DNA of 63,906 nt, the filler included, from Octopus bimaculoides (taxonomy: Eukaryota): NCBI RefSeq assembly GCF_001194135.2. It is 4 parts of 4 records of this genome, joined end to end, with 100 filler letters (N's around TTAATTAATTAA, not from the genome) between each part and the next. Parts side by side here need not be neighbours in the genome. Positions count along the whole stretch, not along the records: positions 25,259 to 49,210 come from NC_068983.1; positions 49,311 to 59,638 come from NC_068993.1; 2 more parts are not named here. One strand, 5' to 3'. The translations under genes were made by a program, and so were the position numbers. The notes below the pieces were generated by a model. The model was not told the origin of the DNA. It saw nothing but the letters and a program-made list of their open reading frames with translations, and did not search any database. Below, in pieces: positions 38,535-51,889 of the stretch. Each line of letters starts with the position of its first letter. Positions within the stretch are counted from its first letter, which is position 1.

Positions 38535-39157
38535 AGCATTTTTAGCTGCTATTTCTGAACTTCGGTATGTGGTGAAGCAACCTGTTGCTGATACCTTAAT
38601 TTTGTTTATAAATGTATAAGAACTTTTAAATAAGTTCCACACCGATAATGGTGCTTACGTACCGAAGGGCTTGGTAAAAATTATGAATTATTAATTTATT
38701 AATAAATTGATAATCCTTTACCCTTTTAATTGTAATAATTAATTATTCACTCCCGGATAGTAAACCACAGATTTTCTGCGGTACCGCCTACGACGCACAT
38801 GGTAATCCGTGAGGGAAGACGATGGGCTGGCTCGCCTATGTAGATTTGAAAATACTTTCAAAATGTGTCGACTGCCATGATGACGCTAGATCATGCATGC
38901 ACATTTGCCAGTATCGTCGAATTTACAATAGGAATATCATACCGATGAGGTAATGAAGAGTTTTTTATTCTTCTAAACCAGAAACATGTCTATGATTAAC
39001 TATGGCTAGTTTAGTTTGTTATTTTTCTTCTTGTTTTGCCTATGTGAGTTGCGGGTAACTGCTATCTGTTGGAGTTTCAGCATTTTTAGCTGCTATTTCT
39101 GAACTTCGGTATGTGGTGAAGCAACCTGTTGCTGATCCCTTAATTTTGTTTATAAAT
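38535..39157. repeat. 79-bp direct repeats (38535-38613 and 39079-39157, 1 mismatch) flanking 465 bp
   Basis: AGCATTTTTAGCTGCTATTTCTGAACTTCGGTATGTGGTGAAGCAACCTGTTGCTGAT[A/C]CCTTAATTTTGTTTATAAAT. Confidence 0.95.
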
Positions 39158-39844
39158 ATATATATATATATAAATGGGAAAGGGATTTAATCTTGGTGGT
39201 TTGCTAATGAATTAATCTAGATTTGCTAATTACACTTACCGAACGTCTCAACTTGCTAATACCTCCCGACGATTTGCTTACAATGACATGACTTGTTAAT
39301 GCAAGTTGCTGATTTGCTAATGACTCCTGCTGACTCCATGGTACTATTTCTTCACTGGCCATCTTGCTAATGCAAGTCGCTGATCTACCGTGTTGCTAAT
39401 GTCACTTACTAAATTGTTTATGACAGTAAATACCTTGCTAGGCTTTGCTAATAAGCTTATAGCACTTATTAACATGTTGATGGTAGTTCGTAGCTTTTTA
39501 TTTTTAGCATGCGTCTGTGCTGTTTTCTAATCGCTGTTAACGAGCTAATGAAGAAAATGTTTGTGGTCAATCAACGTTGTAGAAATAACAGCTAAATCCC
39601 CTTAAATCACTCTTTAGTTTCTTCAAAGGGGAGAGATTCATTGAATTATGAAAAATTAAATAGATACAAAGATGAGATGGTGCAATAGTTCGTGATCGAT
39701 CGATCTGCGAGAAATAGCAGCTAAATTACCTCAGATTACACCATACTTTTTTGAAAGAGGTTGGATAATATAGTTCTAGATGCTAATAAAATGAAGTGGT
39801 CAGAGTGCTTGTAGTCGATCAACCAGCTTGAAATATCAGCTAAA

Positions 39845-41160
39845 TTAGCCAACATCTTCTCTGTTTCGCTCTTCCCTGATTTTTATTGATTCTTCTTTCT
39901 AAGATGCGGTAGTTGAGGTTCTGGGCCCTGATGACATGTCGAAATTTTTGCAGTTTTCTTATTCTGATAGTTGACAAAAAATGTTCTTTCTATTCCCATT
40001 TTCGCAGGTACAGAATTGTTTGCTCGATGGACAATTTAGTTGATCCCCAGTACACATTTGTAGCATTTTGCTGCAAACCCTTTGAGTTTGGCATTATTGT
40101 TTGCTTTAAAGGTCATACTTTCACAACATTCAATGCAACAGAATAAGCTAGGATCTTCTGGTGCTTCAATTTCATATTCTTGTAAAGAACTCTGTGTTTC
40201 TAAATTGTGTTGAGTTATTTTAAGGGTGATCTTGCTGCTCCGTTACCGGATTTTTCTCTGATAGTAACAAATTAGTTAAACTTGGTGATCTGTTCTAAGA
40301 TAACTCCTTTTAATTAGTTGTTGAGTTGCTCTGTTGCTGTTTGTCACTGTCATAATTTTTGTCTTCTTTTATAGTCTTTTCTACTCAAGGCATAAGGCCT
40401 GACATTTTTAGGGAGGGAGCCAGTCGATTAGATCGACCCCAGTACACAACTGGTACTTAATTTATAGACCCCCAAAAAGGATGAAAGGCAACATCAGCCT
40501 CGGCGGAATTTGAGCTCAGAACGCAAAGACAGACGAAATACCGCTAAGAATTTCGCCCAGCGTGCCTACGTTTCTGTCATTTTGCCGCTTTACCGCCTTT
40601 TGTCTTCTTTACATTGATTTCCAGCTGCTATTCATTCGATATGATTTGTGCTTTACCCAGTAATCTCTGTAGCTCGTCTATGTGATGTTGCGATAGCGAC
40701 TCTTTCGTCAAAAATCCGTATTTTCTTGGTATTCTTTCCATGATGGTCATTCCAATCCATGTGATCAAAGCATCGGCATAGCTTTTACTATCATCGTACA
40801 AACCCATGATCATGAGGATATGACCAAGGATTTGCACTTAATACGGGTCCTGATAGTAGTTGAGGATCATTAGACAGTCCACCATCTACTACGATCTAAT
40901 AGGGCAGTGCAACTTTCCAAATCGACAGCAGCAGGAGAGATGATACACGGGTGGAAAACTTCAATACGGAATTTCTCTGAAATCCAGAAAAGGAAGAACA
41001 ATTTTAGTAGTGCTAAGAACATTGTGAGATCATTAAATAAAAAACAGTTAATTCTAAAAGCAAAGACGGCTGCCGCTTCTTAGGCGTTCTTTGGGGCCAT
41101 AGCAAGAAAACACTGTTTTTAAGTTTTAAGACAACATCGCTTATACTGCGCAGCTGATCC
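39845..41160 (-). mobile_element. RTE-clade LINE RT/C-terminal remnant, interrupted by a SINE B at 40370-40597
   Basis: Minus-strand pieces in the expected order: LLKLFFLFWISEKF, ELQRLLGKAQIISNE, INVKKTKIM (rejoined across the insertion), KCYKCVLGIN and TIRIRKLQKFRHVIRAQNLNYRILEK. These are typical RTE ORF motifs. Confidence 0.75.
40370..40597 (-). mobile_element. SINE family B, full length, with 13-bp TSD
   Basis: Flanked by TTTTGTCTTCTTT at 40357-40369 and 40598-40610. Confidence 0.9.
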
Positions 41161-41919
41161 AGAGAAAGAGAACAGGGCTTCATGTCTATCAAAAATAACA
41201 AGAATAATAAGCAATAAATGGAAAGTTTGCCAGCAAGCATAGGCTGCGGTCTACGAGTAAACACGTGCAAAACATAACAATAGGTGGAAGGACAAAGCAC
41301 TTGAAATCACGAAACGGTATGACATTCATGACATAAGCTGTTTCTACAGCTTGAGTAAAGCAATCTATTGGACTAGTACAACAGGTGCAACGCCCCTCAG
41401 ATCTAAACACAGGACTAAAATTATAAAGAGGCACACAGCTGTCAACAGATAATGGGAAGAAACTCTCGCGAGAATTTGCCTAATCGTGACTCTGGACGTA
41501 TAATGAAAGATTGAAATTATCGCACAAAGACAATTGATATGTATCTATACGTAAGTGTATACATGCATATACACACATACGTAAATACATATGTACATGC
41601 ATAAATACATATATACATACATGTAAGGCATGTGTTTGTGTGTATGCGTGCAAGCTTGCGTGTGTGTTTGTGTGTGTGTGTGTCTGTGTGTGTGTGAATT
41701 TGTGTGAGTACACGTATGCATTATATACACATGTATTTTAATAAGCATGTAATTGATGAATATATGTTGAAATATTTGTGTGCGTTCGTGCGAGAGTGTG
41801 TTTGTACATGCATGTGTGTGTGTATGTGTATGTGCGTGTGTGTGTCTATATACACAGGTATATGTGTGTGTATGTCCGTTTATATATATATATACATGTA
41901 TGTGTGTCTGTTTATATAT

Positions 41920-41921
<2 letters not shown>

Positions 41922-42001
<80 letters not shown>
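41922..42001. repeat. (GT)n microsatellite
   Basis: Seen directly in the sequence. Confidence 0.95.
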
Positions 42002-42005
<4 letters not shown>

Positions 42006-42141
42006 GTGCCTGCGCCATCGCTTGTGTGCGTGAGCGTTTGTTTTGCATGATTACTCGTGTGAAGAAGGGATCGTACATTTGTGAGTTTGTGGGTATGCGC
42101 GTGTGACCCTGATTCTTATATGACATCAAAACAATAATAGC

Positions 42142-42192
<51 letters not shown>

Positions 42193-42542
42193 CTAATAAT
42201 AATAATAATAATAATGATAATAATAATGATGATAATAATAATAACAACAACAATCTGACTAAAAACCAAATGAGAAGAGGTTTGTGAGTTTGGCATAAGA
42301 ACAAATCAATAAAAACGCGAGGCTTTTTGACACCTGAAAAATGACAAAGTTGTGTAACCCGATCCATGAAAGGCGGGGTCGATCGTGTTGTAGTTGACAT
42401 CTCGGTCTTTACAAGTATTTGCTTGACTCAGGCTATCCTTTCTCTCTCCCTATGTTATTGTATCTAACTCTCTCGCCTCCACATTGTGCCTGTGTTTGTC
42501 TGCGTGCGCGTGCGTATGTATGTTTATATATACATAAATATG

Positions 42543-42601
<59 letters not shown>

Positions 42602-42604
<3 letters not shown>

Positions 42605-42706
42605 CTCAGGCGTGGCTGTGTAGTAAGAAACTTGCTTCCCAATCACATCATGATTTTGGGTTCAGTCCCACTGCGTGGCATCTTAGGCAAGTGCCTTCTA
42701 CTATAG
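42602..42706 (+). mobile_element. SINE family A head only
   Basis: AGGCTCAGGCGTGGCTGTGTAGTAAG...GGGTTCAGTCCCACTGCGTGGCATCTTAGGCAAGTGCCTTCTACTATAGCC. Confidence 0.8.
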
Positions 42707-42819
42707 CCGACGACAACATACAAGTGGACGAGGATCCACATTATAACACTGTTGTTGACTGAAGTTTCCCCATTCCCACACATTCACAAAAATGCTACTT
42801 GCTTCTCTGTGTTAGTATC

Positions 42820-43035
42820 TTCAATATGAAACACACCACAAGCATAGAAGTTGAAACCAGCATTAAACAACGGGAAAATGCTACATGAAACAGATTGGTG
42901 CATGTCACTACTCTCTTCAACACACCCGAGGACTGAGGAACGATAATATTTTTATTCCATCTACTATCTCTCTACATGTCCTGATGATAGGATCATAACC
43001 CCAGGATATTGAAATGCAGCGGAAAACTTCATCTG
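42820..43035 (+). mobile_element. Possible CR1/L2-like LINE 3' remnant
   Basis: Pieces TLFNTP, GLRN and LSTCPD..TPGY*NAAEN resemble the LFN.LP..LRN ... L...PD.P.TPGY.RAA.N ending. Heavily decayed. Confidence 0.35.
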
Positions 43036-43476
43036 CTGTTGTATCTCCACTTTTGATCACATTCTTATTTCATATCGCAATGTTTTGGCTTTAAGTTTTT
43101 ATATATCACTTCGTCTTTGAACAGCTGGAGTAAATCATTTTTATATAATATTGTGTAAATTATATGGATAATTTTATGAAGGCAACCTACCAAAATACGG
43201 TGAAAACGTAAGATTAATAACAGACTAATACCTAATCTATATTCTCTATCACCTGTGTACCTAGAGGGGTAACTAAGTAATTAATATCATAAAATCATAC
43301 AGCTATAGATTGTAATGATTTTATTTCTTTATTTCAAATTCTAAATGAGAAATTGTCTCTATTAAAATCTTCCTGCGATTTCCTTATAGTCGCCAAATAT
43401 GCTACATGTATGTATGTACGTATGTATGTGTATATGTATATATATGTGTGTATGTGTGTGTGTGAGAGAGAGAGAG

Positions 43477-43524
<48 letters not shown>

Positions 43525-43668
43525 TGTGTGTGTGTATGTATACACATACATAACACGAACAAGAATGACACAATCAACAACTCCACCACCAACAACAACA
43601 GCAATAACAACAATAATAACCGCAAGAATTTCTCACATAGGCTCAAGTCTCCAGCATATTTTGGGATG

Positions 43669-44055
43669 GAAGAATTGAGCGAAAACAACAAGAATCAATG
43701 TTCCACAATTGCTGCCAGTTTGCTCGCTCGACATCGTTCGACACATGGTTACAAACAGCGTTTTGTCCACCGCATTGTCACAGTCGATGATAAATGGTGC
43801 CTTTACGTCAATATGAACCAGCGAAAAGAATGGCTCAGCCCCGACAAACAAGCGACTCCGTGAGCAAAGTAAGACCTTCATTAATCACAAACTGTTTGAG
43901 TGCAACCAAATACTCAATGCGGAGCTCTATGTTCAATAACTGCACCGACTCAACGAAGCAATTCAACAAAAAAGACTGAATTGGCGAAATGGCGTTCTTC
44001 TGCAACACAGCAACACTCGTCCTCACATCGCCAATATGACCACAAGCACTCACAA
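43669..44055 (+). mobile_element. Mariner transposase remnant (catalytic region) with internal deletion
   Basis: ELSENNKNQCSTIAASLLARH...RIVTVDDKWCLYVNM.QRKEWLSPDKQATP (IVTGDEKW motif), then LNAELYVQ*LHRLNEAIQQKR...GVLLQHSNTRPHIA (HDNARPH motif). The WWD region is missing. Confidence 0.85.
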
Positions 44056-44212
44056 ACAATACATACATAGATATAGTCATATACATAATACGAACATATA
44101 CGCGTATGCATATATATTTATATTCTTTATGCATGAATGAAAATACACAAACACATATACAAACCTATATATGTATATCTATGAAAATGTGAATGTATAT
44201 AAACACAAGTGA

Positions 44213-44288
<76 letters not shown>

Positions 44289-44308
44289 ACAACTAGTATC
44301 TGAAATTA

Positions 44309-44353
<45 letters not shown>

Positions 44354-46936
44354 TATATTTATACACCTACTTATGCATAAATACAATCGTATATACAAAC
44401 ATATATTCATACACCACCACTTTCACCTTTTTTTTACAGTCATTAGCGTTGTCTAGAACACACATCAAAAATACAAAATGGCCGGCAAAATAAACTAAAA
44501 CCGAATATGGACGTAAAACGATGTCGCTAATGAGAAGATAAACACTATATGTAAACTTTATTCGTTTTTATCTGAATCTGCCGTCAGTCAATATCAACCA
44601 GTTCACCCTATAATGATAAGTACATGATTTTGACAGCAACTTTCATTTGAAGAGGTGGGCAATTTTCTGAGAGCTTATTTAAATATGAACTTTATAATAG
44701 ATATTTGATGATGTGAGGACGTGGCTTTTGTAGAACAGATTTACTCAGGGGATTATAATTCGTTCTTGTATGTTTTAATCATTCGATGTTATTCACTACC
44801 TGAATCTCCACCTCTACCCATCCATTTCTATATTTCTACATTTCTCATTCATAGCTTTTCACTTGTTGCAATTTCTGCACCTCTGACTCTTTTCGACGTT
44901 TCTTTATATTTCTCTCTTTTCATCTTTTCAATCGCGTACGTTACGCGCGCACACACACACACACACCCACACACCCACACACACATATATATATATACAT
45001 ATATAATCCAAATTATTTGAAGACGAAAAAATCCTTTAACACATTTAACGATTGGCTACAATTGTTTCTGTATCAACTGCTTGCCAGTTTACGTAATATT
45101 TCGTAAACATTTTTGAAGTTATTGATCGTAGAAACTCAGTGATCAATATACTATAGGCTTTTGTATAAAAGTCCTCCATCTTCCGAGTTAGTTGCCCTCG
45201 CTACGAATTTTTAAACTCAATCGTAAGACTCGCTGAAAATGAATGCCAAATCACAAAACTTCCGGCTTGTAAAAACATTTTTAAAAAATAGAAAAGAATC
45301 GCGATGCTCAGAAACGTAACTAGGGTGTGTGCCGCCAGGTGTAACCCATGAGTTAACTGTCAGTTCCGGCCTCCAAACCTATATAGGCTTATAGAGCAAA
45401 CATAAAAAGTGCTTCCTTTATAAAAGTTGCCCGTGATGGACCGCAACCCCGCTTTCCCTTAGCAACACTACTGGTGATAGATCACTCCTGAATCATGGTC
45501 TTCCTGGGTTTGACCAACAACAAAAAATAACAGTGCTTATAAATAGGCACGTAAGCGAGCCAACAGAAGGAAGCTTTGATGCAAGCATGGACTAGCTTTT
45601 TCAAGAAGTGAACTGCATGAGACATGGCTCATTATCGGTAGCCTGCACTACTACAAAAAAAAAAAAAAAAAATCAAAGTAATTTTTCGTTAGACCATTCA
45701 GAACGTGCCACGGGCTGCAGTTTGTCAATGACTGCTTTAATGCATTACTTCGCATCAGTACAAAAATAACAAGTTTCCTTCGAAACACACTTCACTTTTC
45801 TGGATGAAAAACAAAAAGAAAAAGACAGGTTCCTTCTGGATCAGGGCTTTCCTGGGGTTAAACGACAACAACAGCAACAATAATAACAACATTAGCAGCA
45901 ATAATAACAAGAGACTTACGCGCACATAACATGTATATACAGTATTGTTCGTGTCTTGTTTTTCTTTTTTTACCAAAGGGATGTTTATGTTTTGTTTTTC
46001 ACTGGCCTTATTTATTTTTTTCTTTCCATCTATTTATTCATTTATTTCTTGAAAGGGATCACCTAATTGGCCGAAAACGTAAGACGCATGCTGCAGTCTC
46101 ATTGGTTCGTTTTATTTGTCTGTGTTAGTGGGGAGAGAATCATGTGAAAATGATGGATTTATCCGTGAATCTGTCATTGTAACAGCCAAATAAATGCATT
46201 ATTACACCTACACGCATATGCATGCAGACACACGCATATACGCACACACTCGCAAACACACGCGCGCATGATCACACTCACACACACATATATATAAGCA
46301 CGCGGATATCAAAATACGGATCCAGACAAACATACATACGCAATCATGCATGCATATATGCAAACGTGTACACATGCATGACCATGTACGCAGATATATA
46401 CACACATACACTTACACGTAACACATCTGAATCAAGACACAAACACCCCACACACACACTGAGGCATGCATACGCGAACACAGACGCATACATGCGTAAT
46501 CGTATATGCTCATATATACATACGCACATATATACAACACAACCAGAAACAAAAGACGCGCTTACATATACACATGCAGATGCATATATGCTCGACCATA
46601 TACATATATGTATACATAGACACACATATACTTTGGACCCAGAAAAGAAGGGCTCCCAAAACACATATATACACACACTCACGCATTCATTCCTCACCCT
46701 TAAATATAACACACACGTAGATACAGGCAGACAAAAAAAGTAATGTAGAAAAAGAGAAAGACAAAAACGCAACAAAGAAACAACTAACCGAGATTCAAGT
46801 TTCTGATATGACATGATCAATCCTGGCTCAATTCTTAGCTTTGGTTCATTGGCTGCTTCTTCTAATTTATCATTTATTTTAATGCTCTGTTATTACTATA
46901 ATAATAATAATAATAATAATTGCATGTTTATTTTGA

Positions 46937-47300
46937 AGGCAACGCGCTGGCAGAATGTTTAGCGACATTTCGTCCGTCTTTACGTTCTGAGTTCAAAGTC
47001 CGTCAAGGACGACCTGCTCGTCCTTTTCTACTCTAGGTACAAGGCCTGAAATGTTGGGGGAGGCGGCAGTCGATTACGTCGATACCAGTACGCAACTACT
47101 ACTTAATTTATCAACCACGAAAAGATGAAAAGCAAAGTCGACCTCGGCGGAATTTGAACTCAGACCGCCAAACATTTCGCCCGGCGCGTTAACGTTTCTG
47201 TCAGCTCGCAACTCATTCATCCTCTCACGGTCGTGAAATAAATACCAATGGAGCAGACGTAATCGACTAATTTTAAAACCCGCATCAAATTTTAAAACCT
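46937..47300 (+). mobile_element. SINE family B (+) split by a second family B copy (47021-47210, -)
   Basis: The outer head 46937-47020 resumes at about 47212 (TTCATCC...GTAATCGACTA); the inner copy is in the opposite orientation. Confidence 0.75.
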
Positions 47301-47602
47301 TTATTTACAATTTTTTTTACAGCGACGTGCTGAAATAATGTAANNNNNNNNNNNNNNNNNNNNNNNNNNNNNNNNNNNNNNNNNNNNNNNNNNNNNNNNN
47401 NNNNNNNNNNNNNNNNNNNNNNNNNNNNNNNNNNNNNNNNNNNNNNNNNNNNNNNNNNNNNNNNNNNNNNNNNNNNNNNNNNNNNNNNNNNNNNNNNNNN
47501 NNNNNNNNNNNNNNNNNNNNNNNNNNNNNNNNNNNNNNNNNNNNNNNNNNNNNNNNNNNNNNNNNNNNNNNNNNNNNNNNNNNNNNNNNNNNNNNNNNNN
47601 NN

Positions 47603-47675
47603 CTGGGGTCGATGTAATTGACTCCCCTCACCCAACCCAAAGTTTCAGGCCTTGCGCCACTAACAGCAAAGATTA
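47603..47675 (+). mobile_element. SINE family B 3' end after the gap
   Basis: CTGGGGTCGATGTAATTGACT...TTTCAGGCCTTGCGCC. Confidence 0.7.
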
Positions 47676-47714
47676 TTTACAAATTTTTGTTAATTTTGTG
47701 TTTTTTAACTTTCC

Positions 47715-47745
<31 letters not shown>

Positions 47746-49534
47746 TCCTTATTTCTTTCTTTCTTTCTTTCATTCTTTATTTCTTTCATTCTTTCTTTCT
47801 TTCTTTGTTTCCACCCCTCTCTCTCCCTCTGAGACTCTCACACATAAGTTACAAGCCCGAACAAGGAAATACAACGATTAAAGGCGTTCCAGTCGTGAGC
47901 ATCACCTGTTTCTTCTGTTTCTTTTTACAGACCGGGAATGGTTTGACTGTTATTTCCAGCCAGTTCAGCTTGCTCGATAAGACGAACCTTATTAGCCTAT
48001 GTGGTGCGCGTGTGCGTACGCGCGCTCGATATATTTGCATGTGTACTCTGTCCGTTTTTGTTGTTTGTATTTTACCCCAGGTCAGACCAAAAGGATTTTT
48101 TTGTTTTATTTCTTCTATCATTATTTATTTATGATTGTGTTTTTTTGTTTATTATTATAAGTTTTCTTTAATTTTTCTCGCTCATTTTTTATATATTTTC
48201 TATTTTTACCAATTTTTAAGTTCTTTTTATTTTCGTGCTTTTCTTTCGTTGTTTAAGACAGGCGTCCTTGTCACTCCACCTTTTTTTTCCTTTTAACCTC
48301 ACTTTCGCCTCCTCCTCCTACTCCCCTTCCTTGTTTGGGTTTTGACATCTGAGACGGAGAGGCCTCTCCACCCCCTCCTCTCTACTCTGTTTCTTCCTTC
48401 TCACTTGCCACCCCCACCGTTTATTTTTTTCCTCCAGTTTCTTCGCCCCTCCTCTCCTTTTCTCCTTCTTCTTCCTCTACCCCCCGTCCTTCTCCCCTCC
48501 CTTCTTTGTTTTCCGTTACACGTGCTTGTCCAGGGTATACGTAACCCTGTTCTGTCATTGGGTATTGTACTAACTAGAATACAACAACCACCATAACAAT
48601 AACAACAACAACAGACCAACAATGGGAGGTCCAGCCAACAACGAAGCCGTATGCCCTCACTTAAGACGCTAGAAATAGAAGTCAGATCTTTCTCAAATTT
48701 CACCTATATATATATAGTCATAGAAACAGTATGTCAGAATAATAATAGTAATAATAAAACAGGAAGGTCACGGCTGGAGAGCCTTTAATTATAAGTTTCT
48801 GGCTCGGCCTGGCTTGAGTGCTGCGAGACTAAACAATGACAAGGGGCGGAGTGAAGTTTGTCTGTAATGATGGTTTGTACGTAGAGTAGAAGGGGGTGGA
48901 GAAAGAAGGGGGAGGGGAAAAGGCCCAGAAGGAGAGAAGAGGGAAGAGGAGGAGGAGGGGAGGAGGGGGAGAGGACCAGCGCGATGATGATGACGGGAAG
49001 ACGGAAGAAGGAGGAGGAGGAGGAGGAGGAGGAAAAAGTAATAGAAGAAGAAGAAGAAGAAGTAGAAAAAGAAGACGAAGACGAAAGAATTAATGTTAAG
49101 ATGAAAAAGACGAGGTGGAGGAGAGGGCGGTATAAATCCTAAATCATAAAAAAACAAAACAAACAAAACAAATTGATGTTGATATTGACGACGACGCGGT
49201 TGATGATGATNNNNNNNNNNNNNNNNNNNNNNNNNNNNNNNNNNNNNNNNNNNNTTAATTAATTAANNNNNNNNNNNNNNNNNNNNNNNNNNNNNNNNNN
49301 NNNNNNNNNNATATATATAGCTAGATAAGTACATAGATAGATAGATAGATAGATATGCATGTAGAGAAATATATGTTTGTTTACATAAACATACGTTTTA
49401 CATTTGGATATATATGTATACATACGTATATATATATATATATATGTATATGTATGCTTCCGTGCTCAGTCTCAATACGTGGCAATTATACATGACTTAT
49501 AAGTCTGTCTGTATGTCGTCGGCTTTTTACATAT

Positions 49535-49856
49535 TCTTAAAATTCTCTCATTTGTTTCAGTCATCTGACTGCGACCATGTAGGAGCACCGCCTTCAGTCG
49601 AGGAAATCGACCCCCAAAACTTATTATTTTGTAAGCTTATTATTATTCATTATATCTTTGTCTTTTTCCGAATCGCTAAGTTACGGGGACGTAAACAAAC
49701 CTGCATCGTTTGTCAGGCGATGGTGGGTGTGACAAACTCACAAATATAGTCATACACACACCCACACACATCCACTCACAAATCTTTGGTCGGCCCGAGT
49801 GACTGAACCCGGAACCATGTGGTTTGGAAGCAAACCTCTTACCACACAACCATGTC
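49535..49856 (-). mobile_element. SINE family A with internal deletion
   Basis: Tail TTGTTTCAGTCATCTGACTGCGACCATG and head GACTGAACCCGGAACCATGTGG...CTTACCACACAACC are present; the segment between GGCCCGAG and GACTGAACCC is missing. Confidence 0.8.
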
Positions 49857-51073
49857 TCTTCAGACCATTTTTTTTTTCAAAACAAATAGACATATATATA
49901 ACATTCACATATATAAACACTCATATGCATATGTGAACAAGCACCATATTTCAACATATATTTAATACGCTAGTGATTCATGATTCCATAAATGAACACT
50001 TCACGAATTTCCTCTGAAATCCATTATCCAATTATTTTAACTGAAATATGACCAGGTCGCTGTAATAATCCCAACAAGCAATATAATGTTGCACAAAATA
50101 ATTGAAACTCACATGTATAGCTGTTGACTTCGTCATTAAGCACATTGCTTTGCTTGTAAGTGTCAGCAGAATGGCATACAAATGCATAAAAATGATGAAA
50201 ACGATAAGAGAAGAGCCGACCGTTAGTAGATTCAAATGAGTCGATACGTAGACGCATAGCCGGATATAGGTGTGTGTGTATGTATGTGTGTGTGTGAATG
50301 TGTTTGGAAGTATGTTAATGTAGATGGAGAATTGTGGGTGATTGTGTGAGCTTAATTGGTGTGTGGGTGTGGGTTAGTAGCTCCTGCATGCAGATATGAA
50401 GATATCAATTATACAAGAATATACTAAAGTCACAAGTAAAATCAAGTATAATATATATCTATATATGAATGTATATGCATATATATATGCATACATATAT
50501 ATATATATGAAGAGAGAGAGCGAGAAAGTGATAGATAGATAGATAGATACATACATACATGCATATATACACACACGCACACACCTATATATGTATATGT
50601 ATGTCTATGTATCTCTCTATATGTATGTATGTATGTATGTATCTATCTATCACTTTCTCGCTCTCTCTCTTCATATATNNNNNNNNNNNNNNNNNNNNNN
50701 NNNNNNNNNNNNNNNNNNNNNNNNNNNNNNNNNNNNNNNNNNNNNNNNNNNNNNNNNNNNNNNNNNNNNNNNNNNNNNNNNNNNNNNNNNNNNNNNNNNN
50801 NNNNNNNNNNNNNNNNNNNNNNNNNNNNNNNNNNNNNNNNNNNNNNNNNNNNNNNNNNNNNNNNNNNNNNNNNNNNNNNNNNNNNNNNNNNNNNNNNNNN
50901 NNNNNNNNNNNNNNNNNNNNNNNNNNNNNNNNNNNNNNNNNNNNNNNNNNNNNNNNNNNNNNNNNNNNNNNNNNNNNNNNNNNNNNNNNNNNNNNNNNNN
51001 NNNNNNNNNNNNNNNNNNNNNNNNNNNNNNNNNNNNNNNNNNNNNNNNNNNNNNNNNNNNNNNNNNNNNNNNN

Positions 51074-51109
<36 letters not shown>

Positions 51110-51632
51110 CTATATACATATATATTATATTACACACACAAGCACACTAACACACACACACACACACACACACACATATGTACATGTATAGAGAGCATGG
51201 TGTGAAGCTGTTGTCTATAAAAATGATCGTAGCGGTAAGTGATGCGTGTACTTCCGAATATGTTGAGGATAGTATACAAGTGTACAGACATGTCTTAATG
51301 GTGTCTATAGATTAATTAACTGGCGTGGAAGGATATTGAAGATGGCCGCTTTGTCCAATTACTTGGACCGTGGTATGAAATATTGGCCATGTTAAAACAA
51401 AGGTATCTTAGCGTATAATGAAAAGGCTTCTATACTTGCCTTCAAAAGGACCCTCACACATTAAGTCTTACACATATTCACATAAACGCGCATGCAACAC
51501 ACACATACAACCATATATATGTGTGTGTGTATACACGCAAAAATACACATATATACATTCAACTATAGATGTATGTGTGAGTGTGTTTATATATACATAT
51601 GTAAATGCATTTATATACGTACACACACACAT

Positions 51633-51830
51633 GTGAGGCATGTGGCCGCAGTCAAATGACAGAAAGAAATGAAAGTGTAAAAGAGTATAAATCGACCCCA
51701 GAACTCATTGTTTGTAAGTCTAGTACTTATTCTATCGGATAATTTTGCCTAACCGCCAGGTTAAGGGGACGTAGATACATCAACATCAGTTGTGAAGCGA
51801 TGGTAGGGGGACAAACAGACATACAAACAT
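51633..51830 (-). mobile_element. SINE family A fragment whose terminal about 53 bp is inverted
   Basis: 51633-51685 is the tail in + orientation; 51688-51830 is the adjacent body in - orientation. Confidence 0.65.
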
Positions 51831-51847
51831 ATATAAATATATATATA

Positions 51848-51889
<42 letters not shown>

